A stretch of DNA of 63,250 nt, the filler included, from Hyphochytrium catenoides (lineage: Eukaryota; Protista; Hyphochytriomycota): assembly GCA_900088475.1 (NCBI GenBank). It is 5 parts of 5 records of this genome, joined end to end, with 100 filler letters (N's around TTAATTAATTAA, not from the genome) between each part and the next. Parts side by side here need not be neighbours in the genome. Positions count along the whole stretch, not along the records: positions 50,561 to 61,019 come from FLMG01000029.1; positions 61,120 to 63,250 come from FLMG01001941.1; 3 more parts are not named here. One strand, 5' to 3'. The number at the start of each line of letters is the position of its first letter. The first letter of the stretch is position 1. Under the pieces are notes generated by a model. It did not search any database. It saw only the letters and a program-made list of their open reading frames with translations, and had not been told where the DNA came from. This document shows positions 52,481 to 63,250 of this stretch, piece after piece. A program made the position numbers and the translations under genes.

Positions 52481-55400
52481 CTAGCCCTGCACCTCCTGAA
52501 GCATCTCTCTCTCTGTGGCTGTCAGTGCCTGACACAAGGTCTTCACGTCCGAAGCAGAGTGATTGAAGCCAAAGCCAATGCGTAGGACGTTCTCTCTCTC
52601 GTCCACAGCGATGTTCTTCCTCGAGAGAATCTCTACAGCCCGCTGGGCAGAGACAGAAGAGGGAAGCGAGAATGTCAGCGTGTGTGAGCGGAGCTGAGGG
52701 TTAGGAGGTTGGGGAGTGAGAGAAGAGAGAGAGAAAAGACGATTGGAAGACTTCTCCAGGCGGTCGATGAACTCTTTTTGCAGGCTGAGGACGTGGTCAT
52801 GGGAGAGAGAGAGAGAGATGTTGTTCCTGGCCATCCACTCGCAGATGCTGTTGAAGTGAATAATGCACGAGCCGAAAGCTGAACAGAGAGAGAGAGGAGC
52901 AGAGGAGAGGAAGACGTTAAGACGCATAGCAAAGGAATGTTTGTTACTCTCCTTTCTTTCTCTTTCTCTCTCTCTTCTCTATTTCCTTTTCCCTCTCTCT
53001 TTTCTGATCTCTCTTCTCAAGTCTCTCTGCCTTCCCTATTGGCCATCTGTTCTCTGGGCTCTTGCAGATTATCTCTCTCTTACCTGGCGTCGAGCCCATG
53101 AGAGAACGGCTGAGCATATATTTCACTCCATTGTGTCCAGTGGCAACGTTAGCAGGGTCCTATTGCGAGCGAAAGACAGAGGGACAAAGAGGCATACAGA
53201 TTGGAGAGAGAGAGAGAGAAAAGAGGGAGAGAAAGGGGGGAATGAGAGAGACAAAGAGAGAGAGAGAGCGCAGAGAACGGATCACACTTAGGGTGCCAAT
53301 TGTACGTACGCTACACAGGCCGATAGAGATATGTGAAGCCACCAAAGCAGTCAGCACGAGAGAGAGAAAGAGAGAAAGACAGCGCAGGTGAAGTGACAAA
53401 CAAGAGCAGGAGGGAGGGATGGATAGTAGANNNNNNNNNNNNNNNNNNNNNNNNNNNNNNNNNNNNNNNNNNNNNNNNNNNNNNNNNNNNNNNNNNNNNN
53501 CACCGAGAGAGACGGGAATAGCACCTGAAAAGTAAGGAAGAAAGAGAGGAGAAAGAGAGGACCAAGGGAAGACAGAGCAAGGCTGTTAACAAGCGTCGCA
53601 CATTCACCTGAACGGAGAGAGAGAAAGACACACACACACACAGGACGGGAGGGACGGGAAGAGAGAGAAGACGATGTCATAGGGTAGAGAGAGAGAGAGA
53701 GAGAGACGAAGACGCGGTAGACAAGCGCAACGAGAAAGAGGTCGGGCCACAAAGCTTCATCCACAAGAGAAGAGAGAGAGTCGTAGCCGCTCAGACAGTC
53801 AGTTGACTTGAATGAGGAGAGAAAGAGAGAGAAAGAGTCATACCAAAGCTATGATGGCCGTCCAGGATCGTGTAAGCTGCTCGGTCTCGCGCAGTCCTTG
53901 CTAGGCTCTGGATGTCGGAGATAAGAGTCCGCTGTGTCCTGTACGTGATATGACTGAGGAAGACCACATCAAAGTGGTTCTCTCTCTCGCTCCTGAGTCT
54001 CTCTTCCAGGCGCTCCTGGAATGTCTCCACAGGGCTCACAGGGATCCGGTCCACCTATTGGAGAGAAGATGCGTCAGGTCAATAGAGAGTGAGAGAGAGA
54101 CTGAGAGGGATAACGTAAGTTGCTCCTCCTTCAAGGTCAGACAGCAGCAAATAGATAGAGCATAATATAAAGTAAGTGCTGCATCGCTAGCGCAGTAAGT
54201 CTGAAGCGAGAGTTCAGAGAAGAGGACGGGAGAGAGGATGGCGACAGAAAAGCAGGGGAAGTGTCAGCAAGTCTCGCTTAGACTCTAGACAAAGAGAGAG
54301 AACCGAAAGGAGAGAGAAAGAACCTCAGAACGACAGAGAGAGAGAGAGACTACTGGGAAGAAGAGGGGTCGGCGGCACCTCAACCAAGTAGTTTAAACGC
54401 TCCAGGATCTGCCTTTCAAAGCTATAAGCCTCTTCATCACTGGTTAGGAGTCTCAGTTTCTTCTCTCTCTTTTCTTCTGTTCCCTCTTTCTCCCTTGCGG
54501 CCAGCATCTTTCTCTCTAAGGCGAAAGAGAGAAGACGAAGAAGTATCTCATGGGAGTTGTGGGCGAACTCGACTTGTACGGAGGGAGAGAGATCAAGCAG
54601 GCGGCGAATGTGATTTGCGGCGTTCGGACAGTAGACCTCGAACATCTCGTGCCACTGCGCGCTGCCCAGCTGATATGTGGCAAAGGCTCTAGACGAGAGG
54701 GACAGGGAGATAACGTGAGGAGAGACAAAGAGAATAGAGAGAGAGAAATAGGAAGGGATGGAAGAAAGTGAAATGATAAGGAAGAGGAAGATAGGCGAAA
54801 GATGGACAGAAAAGGAGCGAAACAGTGGAGAAAGAAAGCACCAAGAGCGTAGAGAGGTGAGGAATGCCAACTAAAACTGATATGTTTGAGAGAAAGAGGG
54901 AGAGACTCAGTTAGTTATAGGAAAGAGAAGGGAAAGGGAGAGAGAAAGAAGAGAGTCTTTACCTAATTGAGGCCTGATAATGAGCGAAAGGTGGACATGC
55001 GCCCCAGGAGTGATGCACAAACGCGAGGGTTGGGCTCTTTCTCGAGCTTTGAAGCTCCTGCGTCATGTCGCAGAAGAGAGAGGGGACGCCGTGCCAGCTG
55101 TAGAAGAGATGTCTTCTTTTGTCCAGCGGGAGATCTCCTCGTTGTCCCGAGAGAGAGGTTGGAGAAGGAGAGAGGGATAGAGTAGGCGTTTGAGGTTGTT
55201 CCTGAGGGTTAACTTGCAGTTTGGAAAGAATTGCCCCTTTCTCTAGCGCAGGATCTTGGTCGAAGATGGCACCAAGAAGAGTCCTCACAGTGTCCAGAGA
55301 CCCGAAAATCTTCTTATTGAAGCCAGCCTTGAGATAATCCACGCTCTTGTTGATGGTGCCTATCGAGAGAGGAAGTCAACTTCGGGGACGTGAAGAGACA

Positions 55401-57624
55401 AGAAGAACGAGTTATCTCTCTTTCTTGCTCTCTCTATCTCTCTTTATGTATCAGTCCCTCTGCCTATTCTCTCCCTCTCTTCTCATGCAACTTCGTTCAG
55501 TGCATCATCCCTCAAGAATAGGTAGCCTGTGCTCTTTTCTGAAACGATACCCTCGTAATCTGCTCTGGTCACCCTCATTCTTCTCTTCTGTTTCTCTCTC
55601 TTTTTTCCTCTTTTCTTGACTATCAGGGTCTTACCTGAGGCACCGGTCCCAAGGACGGTCTTCGCTAGCTGGAAGTGCTTAAAGTAGAAGCCGCCAAGAA
55701 TGGCTGACTCTATCCTTTCCAGCGCCTGACAGTAGGCATAGAAGTTTGAATAGTTCTCCGGGTGCTTGTAGATGACCAAGAGAGAGCGCTCTAAACGGCT
55801 CAACCCTTTCTCTCTCTCTCTCTCGTCATCCTCTCCTTGGCCCAATGCGCTCTTAAGTTGGACAGAGAGAAGCTCCTCCTCTCTCATTCCCTCTTTAAGC
55901 GCTTTGTCGAGCGGTTGAAGGAGGGCGCGTGTCTTCTTTACGAGCTCTAAGACTTTTACAGAGCCTGCACCGCTTGTACCCTGGATCCCTGTCTTTAGAA
56001 TGAGATAGTCCCGCAGGTTCATTTCCATCAAGATCTGGATGTGGTCACCCAGATAGTTCAAGATGGAGGATATGAGCTGCAATAGGAAAAGAGACAGAGA
56101 GGAGACAGAGAGAGAGGCCAAAGGGAGAATGTGAGAGAAAGTGGAGCTAACAGGGCTTTTAGTTAGCAACGACAGCGCAGAAGAGAACGAGTCAGGGTAG
56201 GAAGGAGGAAGGTGAAATGACTGAGAGAGGGAGACAGAGAGAGTGAGAGGAAGAAGTCGCACAAAGGCAAGAAGACAGTGAGAGAAAGAGAGAGAGAGAA
56301 AAGCAGGACTGAGAGTGTGAGTCAGAGATGGAGAGACATAAAAGTAAGAGATGAAGGGAAGAAAGAGGGAAGAACAGGGTAACCAGCGTATGCGTCTCCT
56401 TACGCTGATGATGCTACAGCTCTGGAGCCACATCGAGTGCTCTGCAAGCGCACTTCCTATGTCCAAAAAGTGCGCCGCAATGTGCGCCCAGGCTTCAGTT
56501 CCTAGGTGAACAGTGCGGAATAGGAAATCTTCCGAGTGCTCATAGTATTCCTCCTTCGTTGCCGCCACAGCCAATGGCCTCACGATGAGCTCATAGTCAA
56601 GGTTCATCTTGCGCTGTGTGAGAGAGAGAAGAGCGTGGCGCCAGAGAGATAGACATACGGAGAGAGAGTGTGAGAGAGAGAAAGACAGACAGAGAAAGAG
56701 AGAGAGAAGGAGAAGATGTGGTCATTGTAAGAGAGACAAGAGATTTCACTGGTGCGTGCAACAAGACAAAAAGAGTGACAGCGACAGGAAAGAGAGGAGG
56801 CAGCCAGCAGGAGAGCAGGGACAACGTATCTCAGTGAGGTCAGGAGGAAGGAGGTCAGAAGAGCGGAAGCCACGGAACATCTCTCTCTCTCTCTCTCTCT
56901 CCTCCGAAAGCCTATTCCTCGGACTTCTCATGACCTTTCCTCTGCTGCTGTCACTCCAGCTTGGAGGTACAATGTCCAGCACGGCGCAGAGCTCATCCAG
57001 CTGGTTCTCTATCCCAATCAAGAAGTCCAAGTGACGGAAAGAGGCGTGGAACTGCTGGATCACTGTCCTTAGCGCCTTGGACAGCTTAGGTCTGTCTATG
57101 AAGCCTCCGTCTCCTTTGATAAGAGAGATAAGAGACTCTATGACTGGAGAGCTGCTAGAGTGAAAGGTAAGAGGAGGCATGTTGGCCTCATCCTCTCTCT
57201 CTTCTTCCCCTGCTAGGCCTTGCTCTTCTCTCTCTGTCTCTCCTCCTCGCACCTGCTGCTGGCTTTTGAGAAGGAACTGCCCGCGTCTGTGGATATCGAT
57301 GGTCTCATCGTCCAAGATCTCTGACAGGAGCTGCAGCTGTGCCACAATGTCCTTGCAGACCGTGTTGATCCTTCTCCAGCGCTGGACGTAGGCGCGCTCG
57401 TCGGTAAGAAATTCAATGATCAGCTGGAATTGCAGCTCAACGCCATGGAAAGCTGCCTGGACGATGCCTGCTAGCCTCCAAGGACTGGCGGGAGAGAGAG
57501 AGCGCAGCGGCGGGAGCTTGATGTACTGCTCATACAGCCAGACTATGCGGCGGAAGCTGCCTTCAGGGCCGCGCGGATCGGCATCGAGGGACGGGCCTTG
57601 CCCCGCTGTGACTGCCATCGCCAT
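52481..57624 (-). CDS. Fusion protein: two tandem tryptophan 2,3-dioxygenase-like domains plus a PLP-dependent class V kynureninase/PvdN-like domain; multi-exon
   Basis: TDO-like 1: LYEQYIKLPPL...QAAFHGVELQFQLII. TDO-like 2: EDFLFRTVHLGTEAW, LMEMNLRDYLILKTGIQGTSGAGS, FYFKHFQLAKTVLGTGASG|TINKSVDYL. PLP domain: FVHHSWG, FAHNSHEILLRLLS, LLTSDEEAYSFERQ, VVFLSHITY, ILDGHHSFG|AIPVSL, LMGSTP, HVLSLQKEF, RSHTLTF, AVDERENVLRIGFGFNH...DV. Exon 55359..54963 spans the TDO/PLP junction without a stop. Confidence 0.8.
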
Positions 57625-58495
57625 CGCTCTGCTGAGGGGACAAGTGCTCCTTTCTCTCTTGTTCGTTGACTAACTCTCTCTCTTTCTATCTCTTTCTTTC
57701 TCTCTCCAGTGCTGACGGAGGGAGGGTTTAGTTGACGACGCAGGATTGCCTGGAGACAGGACAAAGAAAGTTTGAGACTGAGATCTGAGCCTGTGTCTGG
57801 AGAATCTTCCTACTGTAGGGAGCAAGACAGGGCCGCAGGAAGTGAGAAACAAAGTAAAGGAAAGAGAGGAAAGACGAGAAAGTTCGTTCTGAAGTCGAGG
57901 ATGCGTCCTCGTCGTCTCTCTCCCTCTCTTTCTTATATATCTCTCTCTCTGTGTCTTTGTCTTGTCTCTTTCTCTCTCTGTCGTGAACACCAATAGCTAA
58001 CGGTCTGTCTATTCTCTCTCTCTTCAGGCGAGTTCTGATCTTCTCTCTCTCTCGGAGTGCCTTATCTATGTTCCCCTCTCTGTCTCTCCATGCCTCTTTC
58101 GTAGCATTCTTCCTCCTCTGTCCATTTCCCTCTCGCTAACTCTTCGCAGCTTTATCTCCTCTATCTGGCTCTCTGTTTGCTCTGTCTCTTTCGGTTCTCC
58201 TCACTATCTCTCTCTCTTTTCTCTCTCTCTTCTGTCTGTGGTTTCTCTGTCTCTCTCTTGCGCTCGCTCTCTCTCTCTCTCTCTCCCACACACACACATA
58301 CCTCTCTTTCTCTTCTCTCTCTTTCTCTCTCTCTCTTCCTCTTTGTCTCTCCTCTCCCTCTCCCTCTCNNNNNNNNNNNNNNNNNNNNNNNNNNNNNNNN
58401 NNNNNNNNNNNNNNNNNNNNNNNNNNNNNNNNNNNNNNNNNNNNNNNNNNNNNNNNNNNNNNNNNNNNNNNNNNNNNNNNNNNNNNNNNNNNNNN

Positions 58496-58529
<34 letters not shown>

Positions 58530-59319
58530 AAGAGCTTTCCTTTGACACGGTGACGGTTCAACATCTCAACCGGCGAAGGTTTAGAACGACCCAACATTTC
58601 CCTAAACGTTCAAACCGATAACTAAGGCGGTTAATGTTCTGAAGGTGGAGAGAGAGTTGTTGGGTGTTTGACATTCATAGAGGAGCTATTTCAGATTATG
58701 GTTCGTTGGGACATTTTATGCACTTCACCAACCAATTTCCTGCTGTTGTAGTTGTTGTTCTCGTTTCTAAGTTGGTTTGGGTTTGACGCTCGTCTGTGAT
58801 TTCATGTTAACACCTAGCATTCTACGGTCAGTGGGTGATCTCTCTGTGGTGTGTTTGATAGAATACGACGCGTACAGAGGAACTTCAACTTGGATCCTCG
58901 TCAGAAGATGTTCAGGAGAAAGGGAGAGCTCAGGATTCGAAAGGCCAGATACCGACTTCCTTGTCAGCATCTCTCTTTCTCTCTCTCTCTGCTTCTCTCT
59001 GTCTCTCTCTCCCTTTGGGTCTCTCCCTTTCTTTATATCTATTCTCCCTTTATCTAGCTCCCTCTTTGTCGACCTCTGTCTCTCTCTCTCACCGCACTTT
59101 CTCTCTCGTCCCTCCCTCCGTCTTCCATTCGGCCCTTTCATCATTCCCTTCGTGGGCTCTCTCCTCCTTTCATGAAGACTCTCTCTCCTGTAGAACTATC
59201 TAAAGGAGCGCTCACCTCTTATTTCTCTCTCTCTCGCTCTCTTTCTCTCTCTCTCTCTCTCTCCCGCTCTCTCTCTCTCTCTCTCACTCTCTCTCTCTCT
59301 CACCCACTCTTATAGCCAG

Positions 59320-60720
59320 AGCTCACTATTGTGCCCTCTCTCTCTTGAAGGTACCCGCCATCCGTGTCCATGTACAGGAGCCAAAATACCTCGGAGTCTT
59401 CACCTTGTAGGGTGCTTGGCAGGTAACGAGGATGGTGTTCTTGAAAGCTGTCTCGCGTCCACGAGCTGTTTCCTGGCCCTTCTTCAGCTAGTCACTGGCG
59501 TCGCTGACAATGAGCTCCTGGGTGTACTTACCTTGCTCTCATCGTGAAGCGTTTGGCCCAAGAGAGTTTTTAGGATTAGCTGATAGTATGCCTTTTCTGA
59601 ATCGCTACCCTTGGGATGGGTAGAGGTCTGGCGTTTGCACTCTAGGCTGTGTGAATCTTGTTCTCAGCTTCCTGTCGCTTGTATGTTGGCGTAGTTGTTG
59701 ACAAAACTGCCGTAAACCATGGTGAACCTCATAGAACTGAGTCAACGCTACCGTGACCATGTCATTGCAAAGCAGATGTAGCAATAGGTATGCCAGGATG
59801 ACATATCCAGGTTTGTCCTGGAAATTGAGAATGAGCATTGGGGAGGACCACTTGCTTTCTTTGTTTGCAACTTTCTTTACTCTATTTCCTAAGGCGCCTA
59901 GATTGACTGGCGGGACTTCTCTGGTTATTGATAGGCCAGGCCTGGTAGGTGCTTGACTGCATCTTTTTGCTCGTCAGTGTAGTAGAGATCACACTCAAGA
60001 AGACACCCAAGAATGCCATCCTCGTAGGTGTTGAGGTCCTTGACTATGCTTTACGAGGTGTCACCATATAGCGTAGCGTAAATTAGCTCCTTGGTCTTTG
60101 GCTGCTTACTGGCTCAGCTGAGCCTAGTTTGAAAGATCTGGCACTCTGCAGGGTCATCTATGATCGCGAACTTGTACTTACGTTCTTCATCGCTATCTAG
60201 GGTCACCAACGGCAATTGCAATGCAACAGGATAGAGACTCTTATAGTCCATTCCCAGATTCTTTGTGCAACAAGGTGTGGCCTCCGCTTTATGTTGAAAT
60301 TTTGGCAAATGCCCCCGAAGACGGAACGGTAAACAAATCACAGGCTGTCTCTGACTTGGGGTCGTGTTCAGAGTTGTCTTGAGGTATAAAGGCTTAAAAT
60401 ATTATCACAAAAAAGAGCCTCCTCCATGTCTGAACATTTCGAGAAATACATACGTGACGCTTCTCTTCAACAAAAAAAATACGTAGACAGCCACTGTAGC
60501 CTTTATCAACGCTCTTCATCTCGTGTAAGACCTTATTTGCCTTGCGACTCCGTATCCGACCAGCTATTGAGTGCCTTCTCAAACGCTACTACATTATCGA
60601 CATCATTGGTGTTATGTATCTGTTGGAAGTGTCTATTATTGGGAAAATGGAAGCTCCTAAACTCCTGTTGCGGCTCCGATATATGACAAACCGTCGTTTC
60701 ATTCAATAGTAACTTTTATA
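59320..60720 (-). mobile_element. Possible degenerate transposable-element remnant
   Basis: About 1.4 kb without microsatellites, with broken coding-like frames. One minus frame has VICLPFRLRGHLPKF, loosely like a decayed gag zinc knuckle. No diagnostic RT/IN motif. Confidence 0.15.
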
Positions 60721-61019
60721 CTACTGCAGACTGGATCTTAGGCTCGCGAGAGTCGAGGATCTAGAGAACTCTATTAGAGTTTCAGAAAAGAAGCTTGACC
60801 ATAGCAAGGTTATGCTGAAAAAAAACATCAGGTGATAGCAGGGTCGAGCATAACCTTGCATCGGTCTCTGGCTCATTACACTTGCAGTCCTGCTTTCTCT
60901 CTCTCTTCTCGCTGTCCTCTTTATTTTCCGCACTTTCTTGCTCTCATTCACATTTTCAGTCCTGCTTCTCTCTCTCTCTCTCCCTCTCCCTCTCCCTCCC
61001 TCTCTCTCTCTCTCTCTCT

Positions 61020-61119
61020 NNNNNNNNNNNNNNNNNNNNNNNNNNNNNNNNNNNNNNNNNNNNTTAATTAATTAANNNNNNNNNNNNNNNNNNNNNNNNN
61101 NNNNNNNNNNNNNNNNNNN
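61020..61119. other. Artificial contig-joining linker
   Basis: N44-TTAATTAATTAA(61064-61075)-N44. Confidence 0.95.
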
Positions 61120-61610
61120 GGGAGGGGGAAAGAGACGAGAGGAAGGAGAGAGAGAGAGGGAGAGGGAGAGAGAGAGAGGGAGAAGGGGAGAGAGAGAGGG
61201 AGCGAGCGAGACAGACAGGGAGAGAAAGAGACAGAGAGTAAATTTGAGAGAGAGAGGGGAGAAACAGATGAGAGATTTTGAGAAAGAACAGCAAGAAAGT
61301 GAGTGAGAAAGAAGGGAGGAGTCAGTGAGAGGAGACGATAAAGAGAGAGAGAGAGAGTACAGGAGGGAATCATAAGAACAGAGACATGGAGGTCAGCGGA
61401 AAGGGTGTGGTTGGGCGAAAGGAAGCAGGAAGAGACGAGAGCAGGGTTAATCGAAGACGGAGAGAGGGAGAGAGATACAGATAGATAAAGAGAGAGAGAG
61501 AGAAAAAGAGGAGAAGAAAGAAGAAGTAATGCGCCTTACAGAAAGGCAGCGACATACTGAAGACATAGCACTGAGCATCGAAGAGTTAGAACTCAAGAAT
61601 GCGAGAGAGA

Positions 61611-61656
<46 letters not shown>

Positions 61657-61675
61657 TAAGAGAAGAGAGGCATAT

Positions 61676-62211
61676 CTTCCGCTACCTAATCGTCTCTTCC
61701 TATACATCCATCCCGTGGTGAGCATGGTCTCTTCCTCTCTCCCTGCACTGGCGCTGCTCTGGGCCACAGCTTGCAACGCCTCTCCTAACTCTTCCTGCAG
61801 CGCCCCTGGGTCTGTCAGGCAGACAGAGACACTCCTAGAAGCGGAGAGAGAGAGAGAGAGAATAGGAGAGAGACAGCGAGTTAGCTTGAAAGAGGAAGAA
61901 GAGTGTAGCGGCAGAAGTTTTGGTGCCATGCGCGGTTACCCTCGGAGAGAGACGTCAACAGGAGAGAAGAGCACAATGCGGAAAGGGAGAGAGGTAGACA
62001 GAGAAGAAAGGAAGAAGTAGAGAAATAAAGAAACGCGAGGGAGACAAAGAGAGAGAGAAGCCGAGTGAGAGAGAGAGAGAGTGATATAAAGAGAGAACAT
62101 GATTATGGGTATGTGTGCGGGGAAACGAGGTCAAGAGGAGGCAACAGAGAGACAGAGTACGATAAAGTGTTGGACAGAGGGGTAGCCATAGACAGCAGAG
62201 GAGAAAGAGAC

Positions 62212-62249
<38 letters not shown>

Positions 62250-62606
62250 CAGAGAGAGAGAGAGAGAAGCTTTTAACATGCAAAGACAACGAATAGTAGA
62301 AAGGAGGAAGCCCGAGCGCAAATCGGGGAAAAGGAAGCGGAAGAAAGGGGGACAAGAAAGAGAAGAGAGAGATAAGAAGAGAGAGAGAGAAAGAGAAGAG
62401 AGAGAGAAAGACAGTTACCTATCCAAGATATTAGGGATGGCATCTTTAGGAAGATGCTGGGTGATCTGCGCCTGAAGCGCCTCCATCCACTGACTCCGGG
62501 CAAACTTTGTGTCTGCGTATACCTTTAGCACTCTTCCTCCCTCACGCGCGTATAAAAGAATGCCGTTCTTTAGCTCGTTCCACTCTTCCACACGCCCTAC
62601 CGTCAT
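61676..62606 (-). CDS. Internal exons of a multi-PH-domain protein (partial gene)
   Basis: Exon ~62606-62419 VGRVEEWNELKNGILLYAREGGRVLKVYADTKFARSQWMEALQAQI is the end of a PH domain with the conserved W helix. Exon ~61812-61676 ends in MLTTGWMYRKRRLGSG, the first strand of a next PH domain. Canonical ag/gt at the first of these exons. Confidence 0.65.
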
Positions 62607-62733
62607 CTGGGGAAAGAGAGAGAGAGAGAGAGCAAGAGCGAGAGTGAGAGCCAGTCAATGAGACGACAGGGAGGAGGGAGGAGAAGAGAGAGAACGTAAG
62701 GCAGCGTACGAGGGGGAACTGGTTGAAGGCTGT

Positions 62734-62783
<50 letters not shown>

Positions 62784-63250
62784 CAAAAAAGAGAGAGGGA
62801 GGACCTAGCCATAGATGGCCAGCTTTAAAAAGAAAAAGAGATGCCGAGAGACGACGAGAGTGGCTGACGTGAGAGACAGGAGAGAGACCGCCGGCTGGGA
62901 GTTCACCATCAGAGAAAGAGGAGAGGACCAGATTCTGAGAGACTCGAGGCAAGAGGAGCTCAATAACAGAAATAATGGATGGGAGAGAAAGGAAACAGTG
63001 CGAGAGAGATCAAGGCAGACATTGAACCAGCGTGGCAAGAGCAGCATCTAAAAAAGAGGGATAAATAAGGAGAGAAAAAGAGAGAAGAGAGGGCGGGAAC
63101 GATAGAGAAAAGAAGAGAGAGAGAGAAAGGGAATGGGAGAGAGAGAGCGAGGGAGAGGGGGAGGAGGAGGAGAGGCCAAGAGAGAGAGAGAAAGGAGGAG
63201 GAGAGACCAAGCGCGGAGTAAAGTAAGGAGAAGGGAGAGAGAGAGAGAGA

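Larger units (their letters stand above)
1..63250. repeat. Pervasive (GA)n/(CT)n microsatellites in introns and intergenic DNA
   Basis: Dozens of perfect and imperfect tracts, e.g. 10556-10606, 22878-22935, 30300-30415, 37628-37680, 46519-46579. Most N gaps sit inside them. Confidence 0.97.

Noticed and set aside
53431-53500. Absence of the PLP-binding lysine (pseudo-enzyme hypothesis)
   Set aside because: The expected position falls inside the N gap and cannot be judged.
53700-53843. Apparent non-canonical splice or frameshift giving GYDSLSSLVDEALWPDLFLVA after DGHHSFG
   Set aside because: A canonical acceptor at 53525 (ttcag|GTGCTATT) yields FGAIPVSL, which fits the family better.
46955-57624. 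NTA1-like amidase acting as the missing kynurenine formamidase in a cluster with the TDO-kynureninase fusion
   Set aside because: Two artificial linkers and an unrelated contig separate them, and the amidase has Nta1-specific motifs.
30623-61119. TTAATTAATTAA recurring four times as a possible biological repeat or recombination site
   Set aside because: Always centred in exactly 100 bp of N padding and gives stops in six frames. It is an assembly linker, so adjacency across it is not evidence of linkage.
1-63250. Numerous ORFs rich in LSLSLS or ERERER (e.g. 40537..41247, 23002..23562, 31416..31784)
   Set aside because: They are translations of (CT)n/(GA)n microsatellites, which lack stops, and show no domain content.
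1-63250. CRISPR arrays, tRNA or rRNA genes
   Set aside because: No regularly spaced repeats or recognisable RNA-gene signatures seen by eye. A covariance-model scan would be needed to exclude small RNAs.

Overview
Eukaryotic, intron-rich genomic DNA saturated with (GA)n/(CT)n microsatellites, probably from a flagellated protist (the SAR-type bHLH-PAS and oomycete-like GH17/PAN genes point towards stramenopiles/SAR, which is an inference). The window is not contiguous: four artificial 100-bp N44-TTAATTAATTAA-N44 linkers split it into five contigs (1-30622, 30723-49241, 49342-50460, 50561-61019, 61120-63250). Recognisable genes: a bHLH-PAS transcription factor, ACOT9-like acyl-CoA thioesterase, mitoribosomal mS33, DCC1, a lipin with degenerate HAD catalytic motifs, a WDCP-like WD40/coiled-coil protein, two intronless GH17 beta-1,3-glucanase/transglycosylases (one apparently anchored at both ends, one with three PAN/Apple modules), an intronless bacterial-type lipocalin, a plant/cyanobacterial-type PrmC/HemK, an NTA1-type N-terminal amidase, a meckelin (TMEM67) fragment and a PH-domain gene fragment. 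The most striking feature is a minus-strand gene (52481-57624) that appears to fuse two tryptophan 2,3-dioxygenase-like heme domains to a PLP-dependent kynureninase/PvdN-like class V enzyme, with altered substrate-binding motifs. All family assignments come from remembered motifs, not database searches. Most short ORFs in the track are microsatellite read-through.
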